A stretch of 63,393 nt of DNA, filler included, from Lenisia limosa (taxonomy: Eukaryota > Protista > Breviatea), in NCBI GenBank assembly GCA_001655205.1. It is 12 parts of 12 records of this genome, joined end to end, with 100 filler letters (N's around TTAATTAATTAA, not from the genome) between each part and the next. Parts side by side here need not be neighbours in the genome. Positions count along the whole stretch, not along the records: positions 27,260 to 29,361 come from LPNZ01005383.1; positions 29,462 to 35,766 come from LPNZ01004071.1; positions 35,867 to 38,087 come from LPNZ01011452.1; positions 38,188 to 39,256 come from LPNZ01002819.1; positions 39,357 to 46,962 come from LPNZ01009536.1; 7 more parts are not named here. One strand, 5' to 3'. The notes under the pieces are model-generated. The model had not been told where the DNA came from. It was given only the letters and a program-made list of their open reading frames with translations, and did not search any database. A program made the translations under genes and the position numbers. Below are positions 27,430-39,807 of the stretch, piece after piece (the first letter of the stretch is position 1; every line of letters begins with the position of its first letter).

Positions 27430-28600
27430 AGATCGCCTTTACTATGGAAACTGAAACATCATATTGGACTCTTCTTGGCTCTGCTTCACTGAATTTTGTA
27501 GTAAGAAATGTTTTTTATCTGACGAATTTCGACCCTTTTGCTTGAGATCACTCAAAATATGACATTTCTCATATTTCATCGTGTAAAATATGATAACTCA
27601 TATCCCCTCGACGCAGACCTCGGAGACATACTATAGTATATGATATGTATATCATATTGTATGATCTCAAAAATATTGTACCACTAAATCTCCGTGTTTA
27701 TACTTTGAATTTAGTAACCAAGATAAATAAAACAAACAGTATATTGGATCTGTGGTGAATGATGATGAATTTGAACAGCAATTTCGAGAAGAAAATGTTC
27801 AACACATCCCTAAAAATGTAAAAAAGAATGAAAAATTAAAAAAGTTGGAGCTTACACATAAATTATTCTGTAATATTTCTTTCGAAATAATTAAGCCTAG
27901 TATATACAATATATAAAATCTTCGATGTGGAACTAAGCAGTCAATTGTACAGAAGATGATTCATGGGCTTATTGAAGAGTATATCTGGGGTTCCCAACTT
28001 GTTTTCCTCTTACATTCCAGTCTGCCTTTGAATAAAAGATTTTAAATACACTGGAAAGAAACAGTCACTGGTTGTGCGTAGTCACAATAGAAATCCCTTA
28101 AATATTGTGTTAAAACACCAAAAAGGTGAAAAAAAAAAAAAATGAAACCCTAAAGTTGGAACATCCCCCTGAGTCGGAACACTTTTATTCTACCTGAATG
28201 GATACCCTGCAGAATTATCCCGGTGATTTTAATTACTTACGCATTTTATTCTGCAAAACCAAAAAAAAGGACAGAATCATCTTAACGCTTGCTTAGTGAT
28301 TCAAGGATACTTCGATGATATTTAGTAAAAACAATCCTTGTTAAAAGACTTCTGAAGGGTAGACCTTCTCTTTGACTTGATTAGGTTCTTTTTATGATAA
28401 AAGAAGATTTGCCAAGCTAGCCTCTCAAGGGCCTGTGTCAAAAGTTTGAATTGTTGATTTCAAGTGTGGTATCACTCGGGATACATGTACACACTAGGCT
28501 AACGATCCCAAAGATTTGTTGCGCAAAGAGAAAGACCATGCAAAAGGGACGCTTCATAAATATAAAAAGACCACTTCACTTCAGTTCAAAGTGAATTAAA
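27430..28600 (+). pseudogene. Decayed, stop-ridden coding relic, possibly a transposon-borne Ulp1/C48-type peptidase
   Basis: Broken frames QYIGSVVNDDEFEQQFREE...LIEEYIWGSQ and ILNTLERNSHWLCVVT (resembles the catalytic His motif of C48 proteases), with several in-frame stops. Confidence 0.3.
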
Positions 28601-29519
28601 TAACAAAACAAATTGAGATTTCTTCTGGCATAATTTACTGCTTACTATGAAGAAAATATCACATTTTGCGTCAATTTGTGAACTAGAAATCACACAATCA
28701 GGGTACATCTCAAAACCGTCACAGTTTTTTAAAACCGGGAGCATATATCATAGAGAAAAAATGCCATATGGTCCACGAGAGGATATGGCTGAGTGATTTT
28801 TTTAAAAAAAATTGATTATGCCTCGTTCGTAACTTTGAACATCCGAAAATAATCAATTTTAAAAAATCACAACCATCTACGATGTGTGACGAGTAGATCT
28901 GAGCAACTAAACCACAAGGGGAATGATTGGAAACGTCGGTTATTCGGTACGTCTTTAACATTTCAAGGTTATCCGTTCTGTTAATATTGGAGTTCATTCA
29001 AAAAACTATGTACATATATATGTTGTGCCGTTTAGTAAAACTGAATAAAACAAAAACAAAAATCTTGAAATTCAAATTTATCGGAGTTCATATAGTTCAA
29101 AAAGCTCAAGTTTATGCTGCTCACGCTCCTAAACTCCGTTTTTTTTATTTTTTTTGGTGATTTCTTTCATTGTTGTATGCCATAATTTCCCTTTTCATAA
29201 CAAAAAATAGAACAACAAAAGAAGTTTGGAAAAGAAATTTATTTATCATACTTTATATATAAAAAACAGCAAAATCATATACTAACACACAAACTGAAAT
29301 ACAAGCTACACCGTCAGCGTCATCGTGCAAGCTTCTTGAGCCGACTTGCCTTCAATTTCGTNNNNNNNNNNNNNNNNNNNNNNNNNNNNNNNNNNNNNNN
29401 NNNNNTTAATTAATTAANNNNNNNNNNNNNNNNNNNNNNNNNNNNNNNNNNNNNNNNNNNNATTAGATTATAGTATAGTAGTCATTCACGCAATCATTTG
29501 CCTTACCACACACCCAAAC

Positions 29520-31432
29520 CTTAGTAGCAAGAGATTCATCCACGCCCTCGCCTCCCGCTGTATTGAGCGCTATCGAGACCACTGCCGGGATCCAGGACTG
29601 GGGGGAGGGGGGAGTAAAATTGGACAATTTATGAAACAAAAAAAAGCCAAAATCATCTTTGTAAAGTGAGAGCAATATGAGTGGTGCAGTGTTCAACCTT
29701 ATCGAGACCGGGGGCTATTTGGAAATCAGTCTTTTTTAAAACCACAGTGAAGCCCTAGGTACATACAATATACATGTAACCTCACCTAACATTACGGATA
29801 AAACATAAGTAACCCTTCTTATTGTAACCGCGACAAATCCTGATACGATTTACTAAAGTCAAAGCTCAATGCCCGTGTCAGGACTTATCGTATCAATGTA
29901 CAGTGACTAGGACAAGTCTTAACCGATTTGCTGTGTGATTGTCAAGAAAAATCGGTCAAGACTTATCCTGGTCACTGTATATACGTACATGGAAAAACAC
30001 CTCCCCTTCAAATATGGTTATACAAATAAACCCCCAACATGAGGGATGAGAGCGACGGAAGTGAGGCGGTGTAGTATGGAAAGTCCCAAAAGAGGAAGGC
30101 GATTGTTGGGAGCTTCGCACGCGGTGCGGGATACGGCAACGAGAGGGGCGATCTTGGGATCTATAACAGATAAGCGAATACATATAATTATCGTTATGTA
30201 GTATATTTATACAACCTTGTTTTATTTGTCACCTGTGTCTTGAATAATAAGTATATAATAAACGAGAGGGGCGATCTTGGGATCTTTAACAAATAATTTA
30301 CACTCGGAGAGTAGTAATATATTACATAAGGGGGGCGATCTTTGGATCTCATTGGGGCCATTTGACAGATGTTCAACGAAGCTTCGTCATTCAGTCTTTC
30401 AATGTGATACCAAAAAATACGAAAATTTGTACCGTATATGATATATACAATTGTTCTCGGACCCCATCCCCTCTATATAGTAACATTATGTATATATTTG
30501 AAGTTGCCTTCTGACCTACCCTACCTAGCCAAAAAAGCGTAATATATATATATCTATCGATATATACATATATATATGACGATGACCCTTGTCAGTGTAG
30601 AGTATACTATATTGTGTGTATACAGTGACCGGGGAAAAATCTACCTATTTCCCCTGTGAAATCACAGAGCAAATCGGTCAAGACCTATCCTGGAAACTGT
30701 AGATCACTACCTCATGACACAAACCTTCATGGTTTTGGAGGGAATGCAGCAAATCACCAACTGCTCCGTCGGCTTGCTGGGGGGGGGGGTAAAATTGGAA
30801 ATTATTGACACCTGAATTTCTCAAAAAATCCTTGAAAACTATCAATATTTTAACGGTATTTTTCGAACGGAAGTGAAGCCCAGGAAGTGTTTGGAGGTTT
30901 GAAGCTTTATTCTAACAAAAAAAAATAAGGTTTCTATTGAGCGGTTTGTAACACAGGAGCTCTGTTTGAAATACCTCTTTAATCTGTTTGAAATCTTTAT
31001 AATCTGTTTTAAATACCTTTTTAATCTGGGGTTGTCTCTTAGCAGCTTGCGAAATGAGGGTCAAATCATCGACGATCGCCCGTAAAGTGGCATTATTCTG
31101 GAGGAGGGTGGGTCAAAAGGGGAAACAGGGGGTTAGAATTAGTGGAGGATATTCTATTTGAGAAGGTAAATATATCAGATAAGCGGGTTAGAAAAATTGG
31201 CACATTTATGAAGCTAAAAAAAAAGCCCAAAAATCAACTCTATTGCCAAGCAACACATGAAGGTTTTTAAATATCCTGTCCAAGATGGACATTAAATGAA
31301 ATAATCATATATCTGCTGAGAATTTAACCATGCTCTAGATCAAGCAACGATATCATATAAAAATGAGGGAGTGGGGAGGGTGTTCATCAATTAATGCCTG
31401 GCAAATTATTAAAGGCTTACCTGAGATGCCAT
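29520..31432 (-). CDS. MON2: MON2-like (DCB domain) N-terminal exons; remainder lost in gap at 29362-29461
   Basis: MASQ|..ATLRAIVDDLTLISQAAKRQP|QADGAVGDLLHSLQNHE|DPKIAPLVAVSRTACEAPNNRLPLLGLSILHRLTSVALIPH|SWIPAVVSIALNTAGGEGVDESLATK matches the MON2 N-terminal pattern (DLRALS.E.K...ACE..N.KL...GLS.LQ.L...DES...K). Confidence 0.8.
29598..29690 (-). mobile_element. Family A 3' part supplying the acceptor (MON2)
   Basis: Minus strand ttttggctttttttgtttcataaattgtccaattttactcccccctccccccag|TCCTGG. Confidence 0.7.
29901..29977. mobile_element. Tc1/mariner-type MITE (77 bp, TA-flanked, TIR CAGTGACCAGGATAAGTCTTGACCGATTT)
   Basis: TA|cagtgactaggacaagtcttaaccgattt...aaatcggtcaagacttatcctggtcactg|TA. 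The CAGTG start and TA duplication are typical of Tc1/mariner. Confidence 0.8.
30623..30699. mobile_element. Second, more diverged copy of the 77-bp Tc1/mariner-type MITE
   Basis: TA|cagtgaccgggg...aaatcggtcaagacctatcctggaaactg|TA. Confidence 0.7.
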
Positions 31433-31805
31433 ATTTGCCACCATCGTGGGGTGGGAGCTAGGGAGACCTCATATCTTGATCAACGAGTAGAATTGTTACG
31501 TCAAAGTTATCTGTGGGTCCAAATGGCCTAAAAACTCGCCAATTAAATTGTTTACTCAAAAATAAAACTGTTTAGCAGGGGAGAAGTAAAGAGGAAGAGG
31601 AAAGAGAAAAAATTGATTACAGGCAAAAGTGAGTAATTTCTCTGTTATTTTAACGAGAATATTCTCTTTTTTAGCATCCGCTTCTTTTATTCCCACCATT
31701 TCTACTTGTCATCTCCATAATCTTATATTTTGACAGTAATATCAATCAGAGGCAAAAATTGAAAGAATCGCTCAGGCTTCAAAACGCCTTACAGATCCCG
31801 TGATA

Positions 31806-34800
31806 ATGACGGTGGATCGCGAGGTGGGTGATGGGTAATCAGTCTTCTATCAGAGCAGTGTGACAGGAGTGTTAATATGTCCGCAATATAAGGGGGACAT
31901 TGTCGGCAACGTGATAAAACTCCCCCCCTTTTGTTCATTCTATTTCCATGAAGCCAATAATGACTCAGTACATTTTTTTTTTGAGGAATTTAATTGATAC
32001 CATCTGAAATTTATAAGCGTGAAATGTTGTTCCAATCAGGTTCGACCACCTACTATCGTAAATCTGCCAACATCAGTTTCATTATCATCCTTTTACTTTT
32101 ACTAAAACTTTTTCGGTTCCACGTTTTTAACCCGTTCTAATTACAATATTGATATGCCACGTACCTATATTACTATTGGGGTGAGGGATGTAGAAGTGTT
32201 TATAGTAAGACTTATTTTCTCAGATTATACACATAATATATATTTTTATTAATATGATGTGTAGAAGTGAGAAATAAGACAAGGTTGTATCTCAAAAAAT
32301 TGCTCTTTTACCATACAGGCGCCGTCACCGGCGGAGAGCTTTTCACAGCAGGAGAAAATGGATGGTGGGTGAGGGGAGTGGGGCCTCGCTTCGGTTCGGA
32401 AAATCACTAAAATATCAATATATTATCGAGAAATGCAGTCTTTTTTCGAACCAAAGAGAAGCCCTAATGGGGAGGCCCTTATTCATGCTATATTATGTGA
32501 CATAATTATATCTGAGTATTTCGGGTCTCAACAGAGTTATTTGGGCTTTGTGTTTGTTTCATTTTCCAATTTTACTCCCCGCAGAGCCCCATGACCTCGA
32601 CATCCTCATGGAGGGGCTGAGCTACACGTCTCCGCCACTTCCAAGTGAATATGCCTCACACTGCTCCCTCCAGTCTGTCCAGCTGTTTGTTAGGTAAGTG
32701 GTTGGTATATACTTAGGGCTTCACTTTGGTTCGAAAATAGACTGAATTTCTCGATAAATCCTCGAAAATTATCCATATTTTACCCGTCTATTTCGAACCT
32801 AAATGAAGCCCAATCATATGTATACACTTCATGTAGTATATCGATGAATGGAGATACAAACAAGCTGTTTGTTAGGTTGTGTTTGATATAATTCATATTA
32901 CTCTGACCTCCCCCCCCCTCCACTCTATATTATTCATCTTAATTTCCTTCATTTTACCCCTACCCTAGACATGGAGCGCGAGTACCTATCAACATTCAAG
33001 ACTTCATTACCGGGCAAGCTATGGGGCTCGGCCAGAAGTACCGCTGCAGCCCACTATACTCGAAAATTAACCCACCAAATAGTACGTTATGATGGGATGT
33101 GGACTGGCCTGGGCTTTGTTTGGAGTGATGGATATGGAGCTACAGAAGTTACTGGCCTGGGTTTTTATTTTGTTCGTGTCTTAAACCCTAGTTTAAGATG
33201 GGTTCGAAAATAACCTGAAGACAAAAGCAAATGGAGTTGCTTCTGAGTTTTTTGTTTCCTATATTTTCTCACTTTTAGTCCCCCAAGTATTACGCTTTTT
33301 AAGATAAGGTAGATACTAACATATAAAAAAAGAGAAATAATACTCATTAGAAATCTAGGGAAACAAATTACCATGCTTCCGTTTTTGAGTATTTATTGAG
33401 AAATTCAGGCTTTTTTGAACCGAAGTGAAGCCCTATTAATTACCCATGCTTTGGGCTTCAGACCCTGAAAAAGCTCTCGATGATTAATCGAGAAAGATAT
33501 TCCTTTTCTGGAGCGAAATGAAGCCCTATTAATAAATCGTAGTTCCCCCATGTTAATTACATTCAGAGGCAGACTCTTCGCCGTCGCCGATTCTCGGGGT
33601 GTGTCAACTTGGCCANNNNNNNNNNTTAATAATTGTTTATCATCTTCCTATATTATGGGTTCCTGTTAGGGCTTTACTTCGGTACGAAAAAGACCGGTTA
33701 ACTATTGGCTTATATCGAGGATTAATCGAGAAATTCAGTCTTTTTTCGAACCGAAGTGAAACACTAGTTCCTATCTTATAATGAAATAATAATTTAATTG
33801 AGAACTATCCGTATTCAGGCTTTTTATTTCGTAAATTTTCCAATTTTACTCCCCCCCCCCCCCCNNNNNNNNNNNNNNNNNNNNNNNNNNNNNNNNNNNN
33901 NNNNNNNNNNNNNNNNNNNNNNNNNNNNNNNNNNNNNNNNNNNNNNNNNNNNNNNNNNNNNNNNNNNNNNNGTTCTTATTTGATTACTTAGGGAGATCAT
34001 TTTAAGGAGGTTCACCATAGCTAGTGTCTCACTCTGTAGCTGACAAAAGGAGGAGAGCTTCAGGCTTATTTAGCGGGTAAACTACTGAGAAAGAGCTATG
34101 CAGGTTTGTGGTGATATCACACTGTTATCTAATAATATCTTACATAAGCGTGATGTCAACAAACTTATTTGGTTTTAATATGTGATACTCCTGTAACTAC
34201 CTATTATTTCTACTCTAACTAACGTTATTTTACATGATGATTTGAATATAGTTGACTGATTGAGTCAGTAATATATCATATCGTATACATGCATGCATGA
34301 TGACATAAATTTCTATTTGTTTTTTTGTTTTTTTTTGTGATAGTGTACGACACCCAGTCTTAATCTATTTTGGGGATTCAATATATAATCTGAGGATACA
34401 AATCAACAAAATTTGGGTTCCAATAAATATATGGGGATATGAATGACCATTCTGATTACTGCAGAGTTTTTGGACCGGAAAGTGAAGAGCTCTTCTGACG
34501 TCTATTACAGAACCACTGAAATCCAACGAACCATTCTGGTAAGGTTTCAGCAATTTTTGTCATTCTAAACATATCATCTGGAATATGTTTTTTATTTTTA
34601 TTTTTAGACTGGGCATAAGATTTTACACGGTCTCTTTCCCAAAACTCCTCTGCAAAAATTCAAAAGAAATGCCAAGACGATTGAGGAAGAAAGTGGGTGG
34701 CTTCATGAACTGTAATAAAGTGAACTGAAATGATTTAAACTAAACGGCTATATATCATATCCTATTTGAAACTGAGTTTGGTTATTATTTTGTTTATATT

Positions 34801-35575
34801 TTTCATTTTACCCCGATGGGATGTAGTTATCAACCCTCATGTGCTTTCAGCCAACAGAGTTGATTTGGTCTTTTTTGGTTTCATAAATTTTCCAATTTTA
34901 AATATAGGTGTATATATATGTATGTATATATGTATGTATATATCTATATATCTATATACATGTATAGTATATGTATATTTAGTAATATGTTAACTCACAT
35001 TAACTGATATGAAATGATTTTTATTTCTGATATGTTGAATACATTTTCTGAAATTTACCAAGTTTTACCCTGGTGGTTCTTAGTTACCTTTAACTGGATA
35101 ACAGTTTTTACAGGGTGTTGTTACTTCCCGCAATAGATATGAATTATACTGATATGAGCTGAACCGATATTAGCTGAACCTATATGAACTGAACTGAAAC
35201 TGAACTGATTTTCCTCCGCATAGACATGTTCCCACGACGGACGGCTTGCAGGCGTTTTGCCTACGAAATGGCAGCCTTTACCAAGCTCCGACTATTTGCT
35301 GATAAGATTGCTGAAAGGTGGGGGCGGGGGTGGCAAGGACATCAGTTTCTGAATGGACGAGTGTCCCTCCTCCCATCCTCCCTTGGATTTTTGGGAATGG
35401 TGTATTGTTGNNNNNNNNNNNNNNNNNNNNNNNNNNNNNNNNNNNNNNNNNNNNNNNNNNNNNNNNNNNNNNNNNNNNNNNNNNNNNNNNNNNNNNNNNN
35501 NNNNNNNNNNNNNNNNNNNNNNNNNNNNNNNNNNTCCCAGAAAGCCCATGATTGATCAGGTGATCGAAGAAAGAC
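31806..35575 (+). CDS. Histidine acid phosphatase (branch 2; ACP2/ACP6/PXYLP1-like), 3' truncated by gap
   Basis: Catalytic motif CSLQSVQLFV|RHGARVP, then QLTKGGELQAYLAGKLLRKSY and VYYRTTEIQRTIL|TGHKILHGLFP. Start position uncertain. Confidence 0.85.
32520..32584 (+). mobile_element. Family A 3' part supplying the acceptor (acid phosphatase)
   Basis: caacagagttatttgggctttgtgtttgtttcattttccaattttactccccgcag|AGCCCC. Confidence 0.7.
32715..32811. mobile_element. MITE family B copy
   Basis: agggcttcactttggttcg...cgaacctaaatgaagccc. Confidence 0.85.
34815..34900 (+). mobile_element. Family A copy inside an acid phosphatase intron
   Basis: caaccctcatgtgctttcagccaacagagttgatttggtctttttttggtttcataaattttccaatttt; not at the acceptor. 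Confidence 0.7.
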
Positions 35576-35865
35576 AGAAATTTGGTTAGTTGGGGAAGAA
35601 GGTGTTTCAAAAGAAGTTTCTATTTGACAATGTTTGTTATACCCTTTAATCCCTTTTCTACCTCCACCCTCCAACCCTCACTCCTGCAGACCCCCTTTTT
35701 TTAACCCTTGAGTTTCCCAAAATCTGAGTGTGAGAGTCGAACCTTAGTTTTTTATTCTTCCATTTTNNNNNNNNNNNNNNNNNNNNNNNNNNNNNNNNNN
35801 NNNNNNNNNNTTAATTAATTAANNNNNNNNNNNNNNNNNNNNNNNNNNNNNNNNNNNNNNNNNNN

Positions 35866-36985
35866 NCAAACTCCGACTCCGTGACTGCCGTCGCTCGCGC
35901 CCACCGCGACCCGGACACTGAACCCACCCCTTGCCCGTCTATACCGTCGCACCCGCCACCGCCGCCGGCTGCCCCATCCTCGCCCCTACGCCAGCGTACC
36001 CTCTTCGCCGGGCCCAAGGACGACTACCACGCCGAGGCCGGCCGGAGGGGCCTTCTCCCTACTACCACCGCCAAGCAACCGCCACGGCCGAGCCCGCCTG
36101 ACGACTCCGCCCGCCCTGGCCCCGCCTATCCAGGCCTTCACGACGTCTCCGCCACCACCTACTTCAACAAGAGCTCCTTCTACGGCTCACTCTACGGGAT
36201 GCCGGCTGCCAACGACGCCATCACCGTTTCCGGCGCAGTAGAGGGCATCTTCGTCGCCGGCCGCCAGCGCAACTACATGATAAAATTTTCGCAGTTCTCC
36301 GGGCGCCCACGCGTCAGTGACCCCGACAACATTATGGCCGAAGTCCCCTCGTGCCCATTGTGTCTCTGGACCCTCTGCCCCCGGCCATGGAACACCTGGC
36401 CGAACTGGACGTGCCCTCACTGCAATCCCGGCCAGTCCCTCGCCACAGCTCGTGCCGAAAGGGCCCCCGTATGGCCAAGCTCACCACCGCCCGACCACGG
36501 CCTTGCTCTCGCCAAGCAATTCCAAGCCTCCGCCAATCTCCGCGGTGTTGCTCTCGTCGCCGTTCGCCGCCATCTCGCAGCCAACACGAAAGGCTCGGTT
36601 GCAAACGTCACCGCAATGGCCACCACCGCCCGTCCCCTGAAAAGGATGACTCCCGCCAGCCCTTACCGCCCCGCTTCATATTGCCAAGTAGGCCCTTATT
36701 TACTTCTTTCCTCTGGGTTATTAATACGTTGCTGAGTTTTTCTTACTATGCTAAGTCGACGTACCTCCCCGCTCACGTAACCAATCTATAGGAATCCCAA
36801 GGCCCAACGCAGGCCTCCTACGACCCCCTCATCGACAACTCCGGCCTCGACGAAGACGACGACGACGACACCGCCTTTATGATACCGGTAAGACACCACC
36901 AACTACTAGCAATATTTTACTCGCGTTACAGTTTCAAAACTGACCCCCCCCCACTCAGCCATCCCCAAGAGCAACGATTACCGCG
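35866..36985 (+). CDS. GC-rich, intron-containing unidentified coding fragment on an isolated contig
   Basis: 284-codon open frame with strongly C-ending codons, donor at ~36688, further exon ESQGPTQASYDPLIDNSGLDEDDDDDTAFMIP with GT-AG ends. Bounded by gaps on both sides. No family recognised. Confidence 0.5.
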
Positions 36986-36995
36986 NNNNNNNNNN

Positions 36996-37828
36996 GTGTA
37001 TATTTATATATTTTTTTGTTGAAGTCATGACGTCACCAACCTCTCTGCCAGTGCTGCCAGTGCTGCCAGGCACTTTTCATTCTCTTTATATTTGTGTAAT
37101 TTCTAACTTAGAGATTTTTGTTTCTGCCAGTGTTGCCAGTGCTGCCAGGCACTTTTCATTCTCTTTATATTTGTGTAATTTCTAACTTAGAGATTTTTAT
37201 CTCTGCCAGTGCTGCCAGTGCTGCCAGGCACTTTTCATTCTCTTTATATTTGTGTANNNNNNNNNNTTATATTTGTGTAATTTCTAACTTAGAGATTTTT
37301 GTCTCTGCCAGTGCTGCCAGTGCTGNNNNNNNNNNTCAGCTTAGCCAAACGACGCCTTTACAACTAGACGCGTAGTCCCTACTCCATGCCGCTGCCCCTA
37401 AGCCCACTTTCCATCTCTTCAATGTATCTTTCTTTTCAACGGAACAACGGCCTACAGTAAAATAAATATTATCCTCAGTAATAGAAGCTCCACCTACTGC
37501 AGCAACACACAACAAAACACCAACATAATCTACAATTAACCACTTTTCATTCTATTTATATTTGTGTATTTTCTAACTTAGAGATTTTTGTCTCTGCCAG
37601 TGCTGCCAGTGCTGCCAGGCACTTTTCATTCTCTTTATATTTGTGTATACTACGAACATACATATAGATATACAAACTCTTCGCTACTATACATATATAC
37701 ATAACTCTGCATACTATGTACTATAGTATACATCATGCTTTAGCTACACACACTACTTTATACTCAACATACAACATATGTATAAAACTATATAATACCA
37801 CATTTCATAATATACACATACTATATAT

Positions 37829-37860
<32 letters not shown>

Positions 37861-37900
37861 CATTATATACGATTAAACATATTAACCATAAAACATAATC

Positions 37901-37935
<35 letters not shown>

Positions 37936-38087
37936 ACATACTATATACACATAATATAACATAATATAACATAATANNNNNNNNNNTGTCACTTTTCATT
38001 CTATTTATATTTGTGTATTTTTATATATTTTTTTGTTGAAGTCATGACGTCACCAACTTCTCTGCCAGTGCTGCCAGTGCTGCCAGG
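36996..38087. repeat. 79-bp tandem satellite with internal (CTGCCAGTG)x3 subrepeat, interrupted by (TA)n/(CA)n microsatellites
   Basis: Unit ctgccagtgctgccagtgctgccaggcacttttcattctctttatatttgtgtaatttctaacttagagatttttgt at 37045, 37124 and 37203 (period 79), plus copies near 37304, 37593 and 38062. A leader gtcatgacgtcaccaac occurs at 37024 and 38041. Confidence 0.9.
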
Positions 38088-38187
38088 NNNNNNNNNNNNN
38101 NNNNNNNNNNNNNNNNNNNNNNNNNNNNNNNTTAATTAATTAANNNNNNNNNNNNNNNNNNNNNNNNNNNNNNNNNNNNNNNNNNNN

Positions 38188-39256
38188 GGTTGGAGCTGCC
38201 GCACTCAGACCCTCAAATTCGCCTTCCCCCCCGGCAACGCGAACGTCTCGTAGTAACGCCCCATCCTCGCCGTCACCATCGCCCTTGAGAAAGGCTCCAC
38301 TCCCGGCCCCGTCGTACGTGGGATTCCTGGAGCTGCCTCACTTTTGGTTCAAAAAGAAATCAATTTTGTGAAAAGACTGAATCTCTCGATAAATCCTCGA
38401 TAAACATCGATGTTTAGTGGTCTTTTTCGGACCGCAGGGAACCCCTAGTATTATATCCCGTTCCAAGGCTCGTTATGTTAGATATTTCTCAATAATACTG
38501 GGAAGTGGATCCGTTCATGATTATCACCCCCCCCTCCCATCATTTCTTAGCCACATTCTTTCTCACCCCCTCAGATCCCTTGATTCATCCACTCCGCCGC
38601 AGCCAGTCCCGCAATGTGGGATTATATCTCTCATTTCTTCATGTATTTGTGCTGTCATATTATTTTACGGCGCATCGACTTTGGGGTTCTCTATTATCAG
38701 TTTAATAGCAATTTAGTTCAACAGCGATCCAGGTCTGTTTCCCCCCAAAAATTGCCAAATGTTGCGCGGTAAGAGGGGTAAATAAAGACAATTCTATAAT
38801 TAATGAAGATACTGTTGAGGATCAAATAATGAAGAACCCAGAGCAAAAAATCAAAATACAAATGGAGGAATAAAGATATGGGATCCTCAAGAGGATACAT
38901 TGCAGTTTATTTCAGTGTTCGCCTCCACTTTTAGGATTAAAAGCTTGAGTCAACTTCTTGTTAGATAATAATTATTGAGGACAATTCCACGTTATCCATG
39001 TATTGGAAGATAATAATTCCCTCCACCTTACCGGCTAATATTTGTCATTTAACAGAGAACATAAAGAGTTCTATCAGTTTCTTTTGGGAAGGACTGGAAT
39101 AATAATGACTCTGCTTCACAACACTCACTTATAGTACTCATATATCATTACTTCTCTTATTTTACTACATCCCTAATTTTATGTTAACTGTTTTCAGAAA
39201 TCACTCTCGATCTGGTGCCAAATCCGTGGTAAGATGATTATACACTCTTTTACCTC
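38188..39256 (+). CDS. Fragment of an unidentified spliced gene between two gaps
   Basis: Open Pro/Ser-rich exon (..PPATRTSRSNAPSSPSPSPLRKAPLPAPS) followed by a GT donor and further short GT-AG bounded segments. No domain recognised. Confidence 0.3.
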
Positions 39257-39807
39257 NNNNNNNNNNNNNNNNNNNNNNNNNNNNNNNNNNNNNNNNNNNN
39301 TTAATTAATTAANNNNNNNNNNNNNNNNNNNNNNNNNNNNNNNNNNNNNNNNNNNNTCTTCAATTACGTCAAATGTGTTAATGTATTTTGAATATTCCCT
39401 AAGATGGCTCTGGAATGTTCCCTAACTACAAGACTGGATGAAGATCTGCAGATTGTCAGATTATCTGTTGATTATCTGCGAATATCAAGCGATCGAGCGA
39501 ATATATTGGAATATAATTGGTGGGAACCGGTGGATAACCTATGTCCCTGATAGAATTTTGGGGGGGGGGGGGGCAAAAAAAGTTCTCTGAGAACTAAACA
39601 ATAAATACAGTAAAAAATAGTTTGTCTGGGGTTCGAACTGAAGCAATCACCAAGGGCTACAGGCGTTTGTGCATGCGTACCCCCATGTTTTTAAGGTAGT
39701 TAAGGGCCAATTTTCCTTTTTTCTTTTCTTCTTTTCTCTGTCCCAACTCTTATCAACTCTCTCTATTATTGCTTGCAAAAACACAAATAATTAAATAAGA
39801 AGTCAGA

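Noticed and set aside
34900-35210. (TA)n, (GATAT)n and (AACTG)n low-complexity tracts here and in other introns
   Set aside because: Ordinary intronic microsatellites.
36996-38087. CRISPR-like array
   Set aside because: Head-to-tail satellite with no spacers and no cas-like ORFs.
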